A DNA stretch of 64,000 bases from Oscillospiraceae bacterium (lineage in GTDB: Bacteria > Bacillota > Clostridia > Oscillospirales > Ruminococcaceae): the NCBI GenBank assembly GCA_015067175.1, contig SVMX01000008.1, positions 1,888-65,887 on the forward strand. Direction: 5' to 3'. Below the pieces are notes generated by a model that was given only the letters and a program-made list of their open reading frames with translations, made no database searches and was not told where the DNA came from. A program made the translations under genes and the position numbers. The stretch's first letter is position 1, and each line of letters opens with the position of its first letter. Positions 48,299-57,534 of the stretch are shown one piece after another.

Positions 48299-49576
48299 TC
48301 AAATCAATTCCGCCGTACAATAATCAGCCTCGGCGCCTGTTATCCTCACCCGCACAAGCGAGTGTCTTTCGATTTGCTTTCCGTATATTCTCACAGGAAT
48401 ATAACTTTCGGTAAAGCCATTGCTGTACTCAGCCGACTGCGGCTTTTCTATCAGCACGGTGTATTCCCTGCCTGTCTGCTTTTTGAGATATTCCTGCTCA
48501 AGCTGCTTTGCAAGCTCTGTCATCTGCTTTGCTCTCATGGATTTCACATGGGGCAGAACATGGTCGTCATACATCGCCGCAAGCGTTCCCTTTCTTATTG
48601 AATAAGGGAAAACGTGCACCTTTGCAAAGCCTATCTCCTTTGCAAAATCCATGCTCTGCTGAAATTCCTCGTCGGTTTCCCCCGCAAAGCCTACCATTAT
48701 ATCGGTAGTGATCGAGCAATTCGGAAATTTCTCGCGAAGCCTTTCGCACACATCTTTATAAAGAGCTGTGTCATAGCGCCGCCTCATGCGTTTAAGCACT
48801 GTATCACTGCCGCTCTGCAAAGACAGATGGAAATGCGGGCAAAGCTTCGGCGTTTTCAAAAGCTTTTCTATCTCGGCGTCCGTCATCATTTCAGGCTCAA
48901 GAGAGCCAAGACGTATGCGCTCTATTCCCTCAACATCTGCGGCTATCACCGCATCGCCAAGCGTTGCGCCGATATCCTCGCCGTAGCAGCTCAAATTTAT
49001 TCCCGTCAGCACGACCTCTTTGTGGCCGCTCTCCGCGGCAAGCCGCGCCTGCTCGGTTATTTTATCAAGCGGTCTTGAGCGAACTCTGCCGCGCGCCGTG
49101 GGAATTATGCAATAAGTACAAAACCTGTCGCAGCCGTCCTCTATCTTGATAAACGCGCGCGTTCTGTCAAGGTCTGTACCCGAAGCAGCCTCGTCAAATT
49201 CTCGTGAAAGAGGCTCAACGCATACCGTGCGCGTGCGCTTTTCGATAAATTTGCATATAAGCTGAGAGATATCCGCTTTCTTCGCATTACCTATTATAAT
49301 ATCAGCGTCGGTCTGCGCAGCCTCCTCGGGGTAGCTTTGAGGAAAGCAGCCGCAAAGCACGATAACGCTGTCGGGATTTTCACTTCTGCGGCGGGAAATA
49401 TGCTGCCGCGCTTTTTTCACGCTCATGCCCGTCACCGCGCAGGAATTAACTATACATATATCGGGAGCACCGATAACGCCCGCCTTTTCAAAGCCTGCCG
49501 CAAGCATAGCATCGGTTATCGCAGCGCTTTCGCAGGAGTTGACCTTGCAGCCAAGCGTGTAGACCGTAAACGTCAT
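48299..49576 (-). CDS. mtaB: tRNA t6A37 methylthiotransferase MtaB
   Basis: TLGCKVN, NSCAVT, GCDRFCTYCIIP, HLSLQSG, FPYS.R.GT, TRAM domain. Confidence 0.9.
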   Translation of the reverse strand: MTFTVYTLGCKVNSCESAAITDAMLAAGFEKAGVIGAPDICIVNSCAVTGMSVKKARQHISRRRSENPDSVIVLCGCFPQSYPEEAAQTDADIIIGNAKKADISQLICKFIEKRTRTVCVEPLSREFDEAASGTDLDRTRAFIKIEDGCDRFCTYCIIPTARGRVRSRPLDKITEQARLAAESGHKEVVLTGINLSCYGEDIGATLGDAVIAADVEGIERIRLGSLEPEMMTDAEIEKLLKTPKLCPHFHLSLQSGSDTVLKRMRRRYDTALYKDVCERLREKFPNCSITTDIMVGFAGETDEEFQQSMDFAKEIGFAKVHVFPYSIRKGTLAAMYDDHVLPHVKSMRAKQMTELAKQLEQEYLKKQTGREYTVLIEKPQSAEYSNGFTESYIPVRIYGKQIERHSLVRVRITGAEADYCTAELI

Positions 49577-49827
49577 TTTGCTCCCCTCCTCCGCACTTAT
49601 ATGGCGTTTTGCCCTATTTATCGACGGTGAAACTGGACATTTTCACCAAAAAGATTTTCGATATACATTTATTATACTTGATTATTCCGAATTTTGCAAT
49701 AAGCTATTGACTATTTTTTGTTTTGTTGCTATATTTATATTGAGGATAGCAAAAAAGCCTCAAAAGACAGAGAAAGACTTGTACACAAAGACAACAAACA
49801 AAACAAATGAAAGGCGGCGATTTTTCT

Positions 49828-50064
49828 ATGAAGGAACTCAAAGTAATGCTTGAAACCATCGAGGACGTAAAAGAATTTGTGAATATCACAAACCGATACG
49901 AATTCGAGTGCGACCTTATCTCCGGCAGATATGCGGTTGACGCAAAGTCGATCATGGGTATCTTCAGCCTGGATCTGACAAAGCCCCTTAATATGGTCAT
50001 CAGAGGCGGCGAGGCCGCTGCCGAGAAGCTTTATGAAGAAGTTTCAAAGTTCATTGCAAAGTAA
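49828..50064 (+). CDS. HPr-family protein lacking His15
   Basis: VDAKSIMG (Ser46 motif); no GLHARP motif. Confidence 0.88.
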   Translation: MKELKVMLETIEDVKEFVNITNRYEFECDLISGRYAVDAKSIMGIFSLDLTKPLNMVIRGGEAAAEKLYEEVSKFIAK

Positions 50065-50158
50065 CACAGCAAACGACAAAATTCCCATTGACAAAAAAAT
50101 TATGGTGTGATAGCATAAAAGTACAAGCACCAAAACAGAAAAGAAAGGAAAATGTATT

Positions 50159-50389
50159 ATGACAACCACAAAGATCTGCATCAACACAATCAACGACGTA
50201 AAGAATTTCGTTAACATCGTAACTAAGTGCGACTACGACGTAGACATCATCTCCGGCAGATATGCCATCGACGCAAAGTCCATCATGGGCATCTTCAGCC
50301 TCGACCTCTCCAAGGAGCTTACACTGAATATCCACAGCGACGACTGCTCCGCTTTCATGGACGAGATCAAGAGCTACATCGTAAAGTAA
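50159..50389 (+). CDS. HPr-family protein lacking His15 (paralog)
   Basis: IDAKSIMG; no GLHARP motif; own TTGACA promoter candidate upstream. Confidence 0.88.
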   Translation: MTTTKICINTINDVKNFVNIVTKCDYDVDIISGRYAIDAKSIMGIFSLDLSKELTLNIHSDDCSAFMDEIKSYIVK

Positions 50390-50493
50390 TTACGCATAAA
50401 GCTTACAACGCACCGCCGTTTTCAAGTAAACGGCGGTGTTTTTTTATATATTATTATACTATTATAATAAAAAGGGGAGCCGATGCTCCCTTT

Positions 50494-50913
50494 TTATATT
50501 TTCGATTTAGCCAGAAATGCGCGTACCTTGTTTACAATAAGCCTGTCGTTGTCATAGGCAAGTTGCGAAGCCGCCTGCCCGATCTCCACCCAGCGGATAT
50601 CGGATATCTCCTCCTCCTGCGGTCTGCAGTCGAAGCTTGTGGCGCGCGCCACAAAATACACGACCTCCTTGCGGGTGTCGCGCCGTGGATTGAACGATAC
50701 AGTTTCGCGAAATGAGGAATCATCAATTGAAATGTCGATATTTGTTTCCTCTTTTATCTCGCGTACCGCAGTGTCAAGCTCGCTCTCGCCGTCCTCCATG
50801 TGACCCTTGGGAAACGACCAGTAGCCCGATTTGATATGCTTTATCAGCAGAATTTCCGTGTTTCCGTAATGCTTACGGTAAACAATAGCACCGCATGACT
50901 TTTCATAGTTCAT
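50494..50913 (-). CDS. NUDIX hydrolase (Ap4A hydrolase-like)
   Basis: EKSCGA, WSFPKGH..GESE..TA.REI.EET. Confidence 0.9.
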   Translation of the reverse strand: MNYEKSCGAIVYRKHYGNTEILLIKHIKSGYWSFPKGHMEDGESELDTAVREIKEETNIDISIDDSSFRETVSFNPRRDTRKEVVYFVARATSFDCRPQEEEISDIRWVEIGQAASQLAYDNDRLIVNKVRAFLAKSKI

Positions 50914-51148
50914 GCTGTATTTCCTTTCTAAATGATGTATTGATACTATTATAACACACATTCCGCTATTTGTCACGCGTTTTTAAACATTTCTTTTTAT
51001 AGGATATTTTGCACATTAATAAAATTCCGCAAATACGTCTTTTTGGCTAATTTGACGGTCAAAAATCAAAAACGATTTTTAGTTAAATTTACAAAAAGAA
51101 AACTTGGTTTTTACAAAATATTGCAATATAACTCCCCAAAATCAAAAG

Positions 51149-51165
51149 GTTACAAAACGGTTACA
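51149..51165 (-). promoter_or_regulatory. WalR-type direct repeat TGTAAC-N5-TGTAAC
   Basis: GTTACA-AAACG-GTTACA on +, about 45 nt upstream of the -35 of a cell-wall hydrolase gene. Confidence 0.6.
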
Positions 51166-51210
51166 AAAGTATTTTGTGCATCTTCAACAAAAACGCGCCG
51201 CCGTTTTCGT

Positions 51211-51239
51211 TTGACATTTACAGAGGAAAACGCTATAAT
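51211..51239 (+). promoter_or_regulatory. Consensus sigma-A promoter
   Basis: TTGACA-17 nt-TATAAT. Confidence 0.85.
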
Positions 51240-51319
51240 TAGCCAAGAGCAAAAGAACTGGCGGAAATATGCCCTAGCGCAGATGATAGATAGTCCGCCA
51301 CCGATCTCTTGGAGGAAAC

Positions 51320-52399
51320 ATGAAACCGCAAATAATAAACAATAAGCTGAACAAGCTTATAAAGCAAAGCAAGCTTATCAAGATCGTGCTGCTTGCAGCG
51401 TCGATAATGATGGTCGTAATGCTTAGCGGCTCGCTTTATTTCCGTGACCGCGTATATATCACTGACAACGGTGTTACAAAGGAGCTTATGACATCTAAAA
51501 CTGAGCTTGACGCGATACTTGCTTTCGGCAACTACACCATCGGCGAGCATGACCGCGTGACCTACAAGGTCGAGGACGAGCGCACCGCGTATGTTACCAT
51601 TGAGCGTGCCTTTGACGTTATCATAAAGGTAGACGGTAAGGAAGTGATCGTTCCCATCGTTGAGGGAACCGTTGCCGATGTTATCGAAAAGTCCGGCGTA
51701 AAGCTTTATGAGTTTGACCTTGTTGACCTCGATATGCACGCAGAAGCCACAGAGGGCATGACAATAACCGTCACCCGCGTAAACTATCAGCTTCGCGCAA
51801 ACAGCACCGAGATTCCCTTTGAGACCATTTATGTTGACAACTCCAACATGGTCATCGGCGAGGAGAAGATCACAACACAGGGCGAAAACGGCGTCAGAAC
51901 GACCGTTATCAAGGAAAAGTACGTTGATGGTCAGCTCACAGAAAAGGAACTTTCTTCCGACACCATAGAAAAAGAGCCTGTCACAATGGTTATAGAGCGC
52001 GGAACAGCTCTCGCTGAGCCTTACGCAAAGATGGAAAACCCCGAAACCCTGAAGCTTGTAAACGGACTCCCTGCAGAGTATGTGAGAGTTTTATCGGGCA
52101 AGACTACAGCTTACACAGGAGGCTACAACGCATTCGGTGCAAGCGGCAGAGATTGCGAAATAGGTACTGTTGCGGTAAACCCCAACATTATCCCCTACGG
52201 AAGCGAGCTTTACATCGTTTCTCAGGACGGTAGCAAGGTTTACGGTTATGCAATAGCTTCCGACACAGGCAGAGGTCTTATGCAGGGCAGAATACTTGCT
52301 GACCTTTACTTCGGCAACAAATACGACCACTTTGACGACAGCTGCCGCTGGGGCTCTGTTTACTGCGATGTATATATTATTTCCGAGGGCAACGGATAA
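51320..52399 (+). CDS. YabE-like cell-wall protein (DUF348 + G5 + 3D domain)
   Basis: N-terminal TM, TVADVI, EIPFET...G.NG, TAYT, VAVNP.IIP.GS, ASDTG, DLY. Confidence 0.88.
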   Translation: MKPQIINNKLNKLIKQSKLIKIVLLAASIMMVVMLSGSLYFRDRVYITDNGVTKELMTSKTELDAILAFGNYTIGEHDRVTYKVEDERTAYVTIERAFDVIIKVDGKEVIVPIVEGTVADVIEKSGVKLYEFDLVDLDMHAEATEGMTITVTRVNYQLRANSTEIPFETIYVDNSNMVIGEEKITTQGENGVRTTVIKEKYVDGQLTEKELSSDTIEKEPVTMVIERGTALAEPYAKMENPETLKLVNGLPAEYVRVLSGKTTAYTGGYNAFGASGRDCEIGTVAVNPNIIPYGSELYIVSQDGSKVYGYAIASDTGRGLMQGRILADLYFGNKYDHFDDSCRWGSVYCDVYIISEGNG

Positions 52400-52499
52400 T
52401 AGCGAAGTTCCCTTTTAATATAAATCAGCCACTTTTGATGAAATGTCGAAAGTGGCTTTTTATTTTGCTGCATAGTTCTGCCCATTGTAATTATTTATA

Positions 52500-52528
52500 T
52501 TGACAAACCAATCCGTGTGTGATATACT
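52500..52528 (+). promoter_or_regulatory. Sigma-A promoter
   Basis: TTGACA-17 nt-TATACT with extended TG. Confidence 0.7.
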
Positions 52529-52592
52529 GATTTCGGGGACGGCACCCATAACAAAAAACAGCATATATCGTTTCGCTGAGGGGAGGACACCC

Positions 52593-53780
52593 ATGACAAA
52601 AAACGACAGCACCGCGAAACAAACAGTCCGCGTATATTCCGCGGAGGGAAACGAGATAGGCACTACCTACCCGAAACGGGCGGCAGGGCTTGTCAAAAAA
52701 GGTCGGGCGCATTTTGTGAACGACTGTGATATTCGTCTAAATGTGTCCGACGTAACAACATTTACGGAGGAAAACACCATGATGGATAACAATATAAACA
52801 CAAACAATTCTGCAAACACCGAGCCTGTCAACAAGCTGTATTTTGACGCAAGAGAGTGGATACTCAACAAAGAGTGCAAAAACAATGTTGGCAGCCGATC
52901 ATTCATGCAAGGCCCCGACGGCGTGATAAACGAGGCGTTCATGATAGGCAACTGGAGCTGGGACTGGACAGAGATAATCTCAAAGATAATGTTGCTGCCC
53001 AAAAACACGCTCAACACCTTTACATTCTGGCTCAACGGCGGCGAAAACGACAACTGCAACGAGATATGCCGTTTTGAAGTTATATTCAACAACGACTACG
53101 AAAACCGCTACACCTACAATCTCAACCGCAATTTTATAAAACCCGTCAAAAAGTGCAACGGCTGGGAGCTTTATGAGATACCATTCCGCACAAGCGACAA
53201 TGAGTACACTCAGTTCAAATTTATCGCTCAGAGAGCCTATATGACAGTGCTCAACGCTAAGGACGTGTCCGAATACGCCGACCTGCCCGACAACGCAGAC
53301 CCGTATGAGCAATATCGTCCGCAGCGCCACAACATCATATTCGCTGACGGCTGGCCCACAAACACCAATTACAGCACTGTTCGTCTGGAACAGATGTATG
53401 GTCAGAAACAGGGCGATAACAACGACGCACCAACAGCTCAGCCGCAAGGCTTTGTGCCGCCTAAGGGCTTCCCGTTTGAGGTGCCGCAGGGATTTCCGTT
53501 CAACGGAGCAGGTACTAACGACGCTACAGCAAGCTCCATAGCTCAATCCATAGCGGGAATAACCGCCTCGCTCGAATCGCTTAACAACTTCGATTTCAAT
53601 GCGTTAAGAGAATCTTTGCAAAGCTCACTGTCAGGCAATCCCAACCTCTCCGCCGACGAAGTGGAGGAGATAATCGAGGATAGCATGGAAAGCACTCAGG
53701 ATTCTATATCCGACGCAATCGAAGAGCTTAACGACGCACTGGAGGAGCTTCGCGAAACGCTGGGCGAAATGCAGGATTAA
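52593..53780 (+). CDS. Hypothetical protein: short basic N-terminal module, beta-rich core, acidic helical tail
   Basis: ATG follows GGGAGG; N-terminal VRVYSAEGNEIGTTYPKRAAGLVKKGRAHFV. Confidence 0.7.
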   Translation: MTKNDSTAKQTVRVYSAEGNEIGTTYPKRAAGLVKKGRAHFVNDCDIRLNVSDVTTFTEENTMMDNNINTNNSANTEPVNKLYFDAREWILNKECKNNVGSRSFMQGPDGVINEAFMIGNWSWDWTEIISKIMLLPKNTLNTFTFWLNGGENDNCNEICRFEVIFNNDYENRYTYNLNRNFIKPVKKCNGWELYEIPFRTSDNEYTQFKFIAQRAYMTVLNAKDVSEYADLPDNADPYEQYRPQRHNIIFADGWPTNTNYSTVRLEQMYGQKQGDNNDAPTAQPQGFVPPKGFPFEVPQGFPFNGAGTNDATASSIAQSIAGITASLESLNNFDFNALRESLQSSLSGNPNLSADEVEEIIEDSMESTQDSISDAIEELNDALEELRETLGEMQD

Positions 53781-53804
53781 ATCCATCAAATCAAATAACG
53801 ACAA

Positions 53805-53832
53805 AGGCTGCACAAAGTGCAGCCTTTTACTT
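53805..53832 (+). repeat. 28-bp palindromic element, copy 1 (terminator-like)
   Basis: AGGCTGCACAAAGTGCAGCCTTTTACTT, identical to 63891-63918. Confidence 0.8.
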
Positions 53833-53891
53833 ATCGAAAAGACTTAGTTCGCCTCATTGCGGCTCTTTGGGAAACACTTCTTATATTGCTT

Positions 53892-56117
53892 CTACAAATC
53901 AGTCGAAGGTTCGCCATCTGTCTTCGGCTGAGATGGCTGCTCCATCTGCTCTACCTGTGCTTTCTTTTTCAGCGCCAAATTCATAATAGCACGCAATTGC
54001 GCTTCTGTGGGTACGTTTCCGTCAGGTGATGTCCTTGCTTTTTTTATCAACGACTCCATCGCAGCTATGAATTCCGCTTCAGTGGGTACTCTGTTGCCAT
54101 CTAATGGCGCTTGCTTTTTAGGAGCTGCTGCCGTAATTGGAGAAGCCGGAAATATCACCTGAACCATAGGCTTAGTTTTTGCAGCAACCTGCTCTTTTTG
54201 CAAAGCTTTTTCTGCGGCAGCAGCGGCTTCGCACTCCTGCTTATCCATGCGGCGATTGATGGTATTGAGCGCCGCGCCTGTTCCGAGAAGTATCCAGAAC
54301 ACGGGAGCGACTGATACTACAGAGTCGTTGAACACACCCGCCGCAAGATAACCCACTACTGCCAGCATAACAGATATGCCAAAGCACTGCTCTGAGCGAT
54401 AGGTCTTCTTAAGCGCATACAATCTGAAGCAATCCACCAGATAGAACACGCATATTGCAAGGAATGCGATAAGCGCAATAAGACCGCTGCTAAAGAATAT
54501 CTGCAAATAAAGATTATGCGGCTTATCCATGGTAATGTTAAAGTTCTCAAAATGAGCATAATATTTTGCAAGGTAGTCATTCTGAGGAAAAACAAACGCA
54601 AACGTATCGGGCCCATAGCCTGTAATAAAGCATTTGCGCAGAAGAGGGATCGTCCTCGACCAGATATAGCCTCTTGCCGAGCCTATTCTCTCCTTGCCCT
54701 CAAAGCCGATAGCCTCGGCATTTATCGGATAAGCACGGCGGCCTGTTTCAAGGTCTATCATGTGCAGATCATCTTCCTTGAACAGATGAAACGATAATAC
54801 ACTGTCATCATTGTCATTAAACCATAGGAATACAAAATCGCTGTATTTTAACTCTTCGTCCGAGGAAGCGAAATCAAAATTAATTCCGCCAAAATCCTCA
54901 TCGTTTATCGTAATACCATCATCTGTTTTCTCAGTAGCAATAATCTCTCCGGCAGAATCCGTGAACACATATTCTTTGCTTTCGCCGTCGAACGTCAATG
55001 TCAGAACATCGGTCTGCGTTGTAAAAGAAACACTGCCGTTTTTGTTGTGCGTTATCTCGCGAACAGGAAGCGAGGCAAACAGATCCGTCTGCTCAGCAGG
55101 CGCGATCAGAGCACCTATATCCTCAAGCAATGACGGTATGCGGTCAAAAACAGAATTATCTGTAGCAAAATTAATTCCCACCACAGCCACAAGCGCCGCA
55201 GACAACACCGAAACAGTTATCTTCCAGCGGCGTATCAGCACGCGTGCAAATACAACGATTCCTACAACAGCCGCAGCGGCTACCGCAACAAAGCCACTTC
55301 TTGCCCCGCCTGCAAGCAGCATAAATATCGATATAAGCATAAAAAACGCCGTTACTATTCTATACAAAAGCTTTTTGCTTGTAAATGCAAGCACCGTAAA
55401 CAGCGGAACGATCATTCCCGCAAAGCTTCCCATATAGTTGTAGTGATACAGCGCACCGTACATTTGCTGATTCTGTTGAGTGACATCTGTATTCACATTG
55501 AAGCTATCCTTGATGTTGCTATCAACAACAAGATTTCTGAACCACTCATAATTCAGCAGATCGTTTCCGAAATACTGAAAAAGACCAATAACAAGATTGA
55601 CTGTCGTACATATCATCAGTGCAAGTACGATAATGCTGAAATTCTGAGTTTTTTTGAATGCGTACATTGTAAACAGAAACATCACAAAATAGCACGCAAG
55701 CGTGAAAAAGCCCTCTGCACGGTCAAATATACCGTAAAAAGCAACATCACTATAAGGTGAACCGAGAGCTGAAGCAAGCGTCATGATAACATAAACCACA
55801 GACGCTCCGACATAGACAAGGCTCCTTTTTTCGATCCCCCTAAAAAGGTACAGACAGCAGAAAAACGCCAAAGCAAGCATAACTACCGCAATGAACGCTA
55901 CTGCAAATCCCTTTATCTGAGAATACTTGTCAACATAGCCATACACCCCCAATGTTGGTGTTTCTATGTCATTAAAAAACTGTCGCATGATCTCAGAATT
56001 TGATATGACCATCGTCACGCGCATAAGGGTAGGTATAACAGCCATCGCTATTACCGCAGGAAAAAATATCGCAAGCGCTATGTAATCAAGCGTTTGTTTT
56101 TTGCTTGTCGTTATCAT
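53892..56117 (-). CDS. O-antigen-ligase-like (Wzy_C) membrane protein / putative oligosaccharyltransferase
   Basis: Many TM helices; R.EG, ARSG, GSARGYIW, GYGPDTF, DKPHNLYLQ, FNDS. Confidence 0.85.
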   Translation of the reverse strand: MITTSKKQTLDYIALAIFFPAVIAMAVIPTLMRVTMVISNSEIMRQFFNDIETPTLGVYGYVDKYSQIKGFAVAFIAVVMLALAFFCCLYLFRGIEKRSLVYVGASVVYVIMTLASALGSPYSDVAFYGIFDRAEGFFTLACYFVMFLFTMYAFKKTQNFSIIVLALMICTTVNLVIGLFQYFGNDLLNYEWFRNLVVDSNIKDSFNVNTDVTQQNQQMYGALYHYNYMGSFAGMIVPLFTVLAFTSKKLLYRIVTAFFMLISIFMLLAGGARSGFVAVAAAAVVGIVVFARVLIRRWKITVSVLSAALVAVVGINFATDNSVFDRIPSLLEDIGALIAPAEQTDLFASLPVREITHNKNGSVSFTTQTDVLTLTFDGESKEYVFTDSAGEIIATEKTDDGITINDEDFGGINFDFASSDEELKYSDFVFLWFNDNDDSVLSFHLFKEDDLHMIDLETGRRAYPINAEAIGFEGKERIGSARGYIWSRTIPLLRKCFITGYGPDTFAFVFPQNDYLAKYYAHFENFNITMDKPHNLYLQIFFSSGLIALIAFLAICVFYLVDCFRLYALKKTYRSEQCFGISVMLAVVGYLAAGVFNDSVVSVAPVFWILLGTGAALNTINRRMDKQECEAAAAAEKALQKEQVAAKTKPMVQVIFPASPITAAAPKKQAPLDGNRVPTEAEFIAAMESLIKKARTSPDGNVPTEAQLRAIMNLALKKKAQVEQMEQPSQPKTDGEPSTDL

Positions 56118-56127
56118 TCGTTTGCTC

Positions 56128-57534
56128 CTATTGATGTTGTGTTCCTTCTCTTAATTCACTGCATCTTAGCTTTTCCTTGTTGACCACGCGAAAAACAGTC
56201 TTGAAAAGAATGGAGATATCAAGGAAAATGTTCCAGTTTTCTATATACTGAACATCAAGCTCTATCCTTCGCTTTATCGAGGTATCGCCGCGATAGCCAT
56301 TGACCTGTGCCAAGCCTGTTATTCCGGGCTTTACCTGATGCTTTATCATATACATCGGCACTTCATTTTTGAATGCGTCGACATAAAACGGTATCTCGGG
56401 ACGAGGGCCGACAAGGCTCATATCTCCCTTCAACACATTGACAAGCTGCGGAATCTCGTCAATGGAAAGCTTGCGGATCACCGCGCCAAATTTCGTTTTT
56501 CTGGGGTCGCTGTCAGTGCTCCATGCCGTATCGGAAGTGCTGCTGTCCGTCATTGATTTGAATTTATACATTGTGAAGATCTTTTTGTTGTAGCCTACAC
56601 GCTGCTGTCGGAAAATGACCTTGCCGCCCATCGTCGCCTTTATCACTATGGCGCACACCAACATAACAGGCGAAAACAAAATAAGCATTATAAGACTTAC
56701 GATAATATCCATCGCTCTTTTCAAAAACGCATTGCCCATATTGTCCAGCGGAATACGCCGTATGTTCATCACAGGAATACCGCCGACCATATCGATCACA
56801 GATGTAGGCGACATATATTTATACATGGCAGGGATAACAGATACTCTTGTGCCTGTTATCTCGCACGCTTCAACTACGCTTTGCATATAGCGCATCTCAT
56901 TCATATCCAGCGCGCACACCACATCGTCATAGCAGTTGCCATCAAGCAGCTTGATTATATCATCAAAACCGCCTAACCATTTTGCGTCAAGACTGTCCCT
57001 GTCAGCAAGATATCCCACACAATTAATGCCAAGCTGCTTTTCTGCTCTTATAGTTTCGAGATAATTCAAAGCAGCTGCGCCGCCGCCAATCAACAGAACG
57101 TGTTTTTGGTTGTGTCCCTTTCTACGCAGTCCGCGCAGGATATAACGCATAACAACTCGCTTTACTGCAACAAAAACAAGGTCAAGCACAAGGAATATAG
57201 CAAGCGCCCAGCGCGAAAAGTCAAAAAGCTTTACTATGTAGAGCATAGCAATTATTAAGAGGCCATCTATAAAGAACGCGCTGACAAGCTTTGCAAGCTC
57301 TTTGCCGAATGTAGCGGTGCGATAGCTTTCATAAAGACCCATACAGCTATATGTTACAAGCTGCACGGGAATGAAAATACAGGAAAGCTTTATATAATCA
57401 ATAAGCAGGAAATTCCTCTCAAAAGCGAGAAGATAAAACACGATAACAAATGACGCTACCACCGCGACAACGGAAAGCAGTGCGTCACTTATAACATTGA
57501 TCGCATTAAACAGCTTCTGGTTTTCCTTGATCAT
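56128..57534 (-). CDS. Undecaprenyl-phosphate hexose-1-phosphate transferase (WcaJ-like)
   Basis: KRAMD, F.MYKFKSM, DPRKT, IDEIPQL.NVLKGDMSLVGPRPE, VKPGITGLAQV. Confidence 0.92.
   Translation of the reverse strand: MIKENQKLFNAINVISDALLSVVAVVASFVIVFYLLAFERNFLLIDYIKLSCIFIPVQLVTYSCMGLYESYRTATFGKELAKLVSAFFIDGLLIIAMLYIVKLFDFSRWALAIFLVLDLVFVAVKRVVMRYILRGLRRKGHNQKHVLLIGGGAAALNYLETIRAEKQLGINCVGYLADRDSLDAKWLGGFDDIIKLLDGNCYDDVVCALDMNEMRYMQSVVEACEITGTRVSVIPAMYKYMSPTSVIDMVGGIPVMNIRRIPLDNMGNAFLKRAMDIIVSLIMLILFSPVMLVCAIVIKATMGGKVIFRQQRVGYNKKIFTMYKFKSMTDSSTSDTAWSTDSDPRKTKFGAVIRKLSIDEIPQLVNVLKGDMSLVGPRPEIPFYVDAFKNEVPMYMIKHQVKPGITGLAQVNGYRGDTSIKRRIELDVQYIENWNIFLDISILFKTVFRVVNKEKLRCSELREGTQHQ

Noticed and set aside
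51241-51320. ZTP (pfl) or c-di-AMP (ydaO) riboswitch
   Set aside because: ACTGGCGGAA resembles the ZTP 5' part, but the CGCCTGGG 3' hairpin is missing and the gene context is wrong; ydaO core motifs are absent.
52593-53780. IscB/OMEGA nuclease or IS200/IS605 element
   Set aside because: Only an N-terminal resemblance; no RuvC or HNH motifs, no transposase, and no room for a long upstream RNA.
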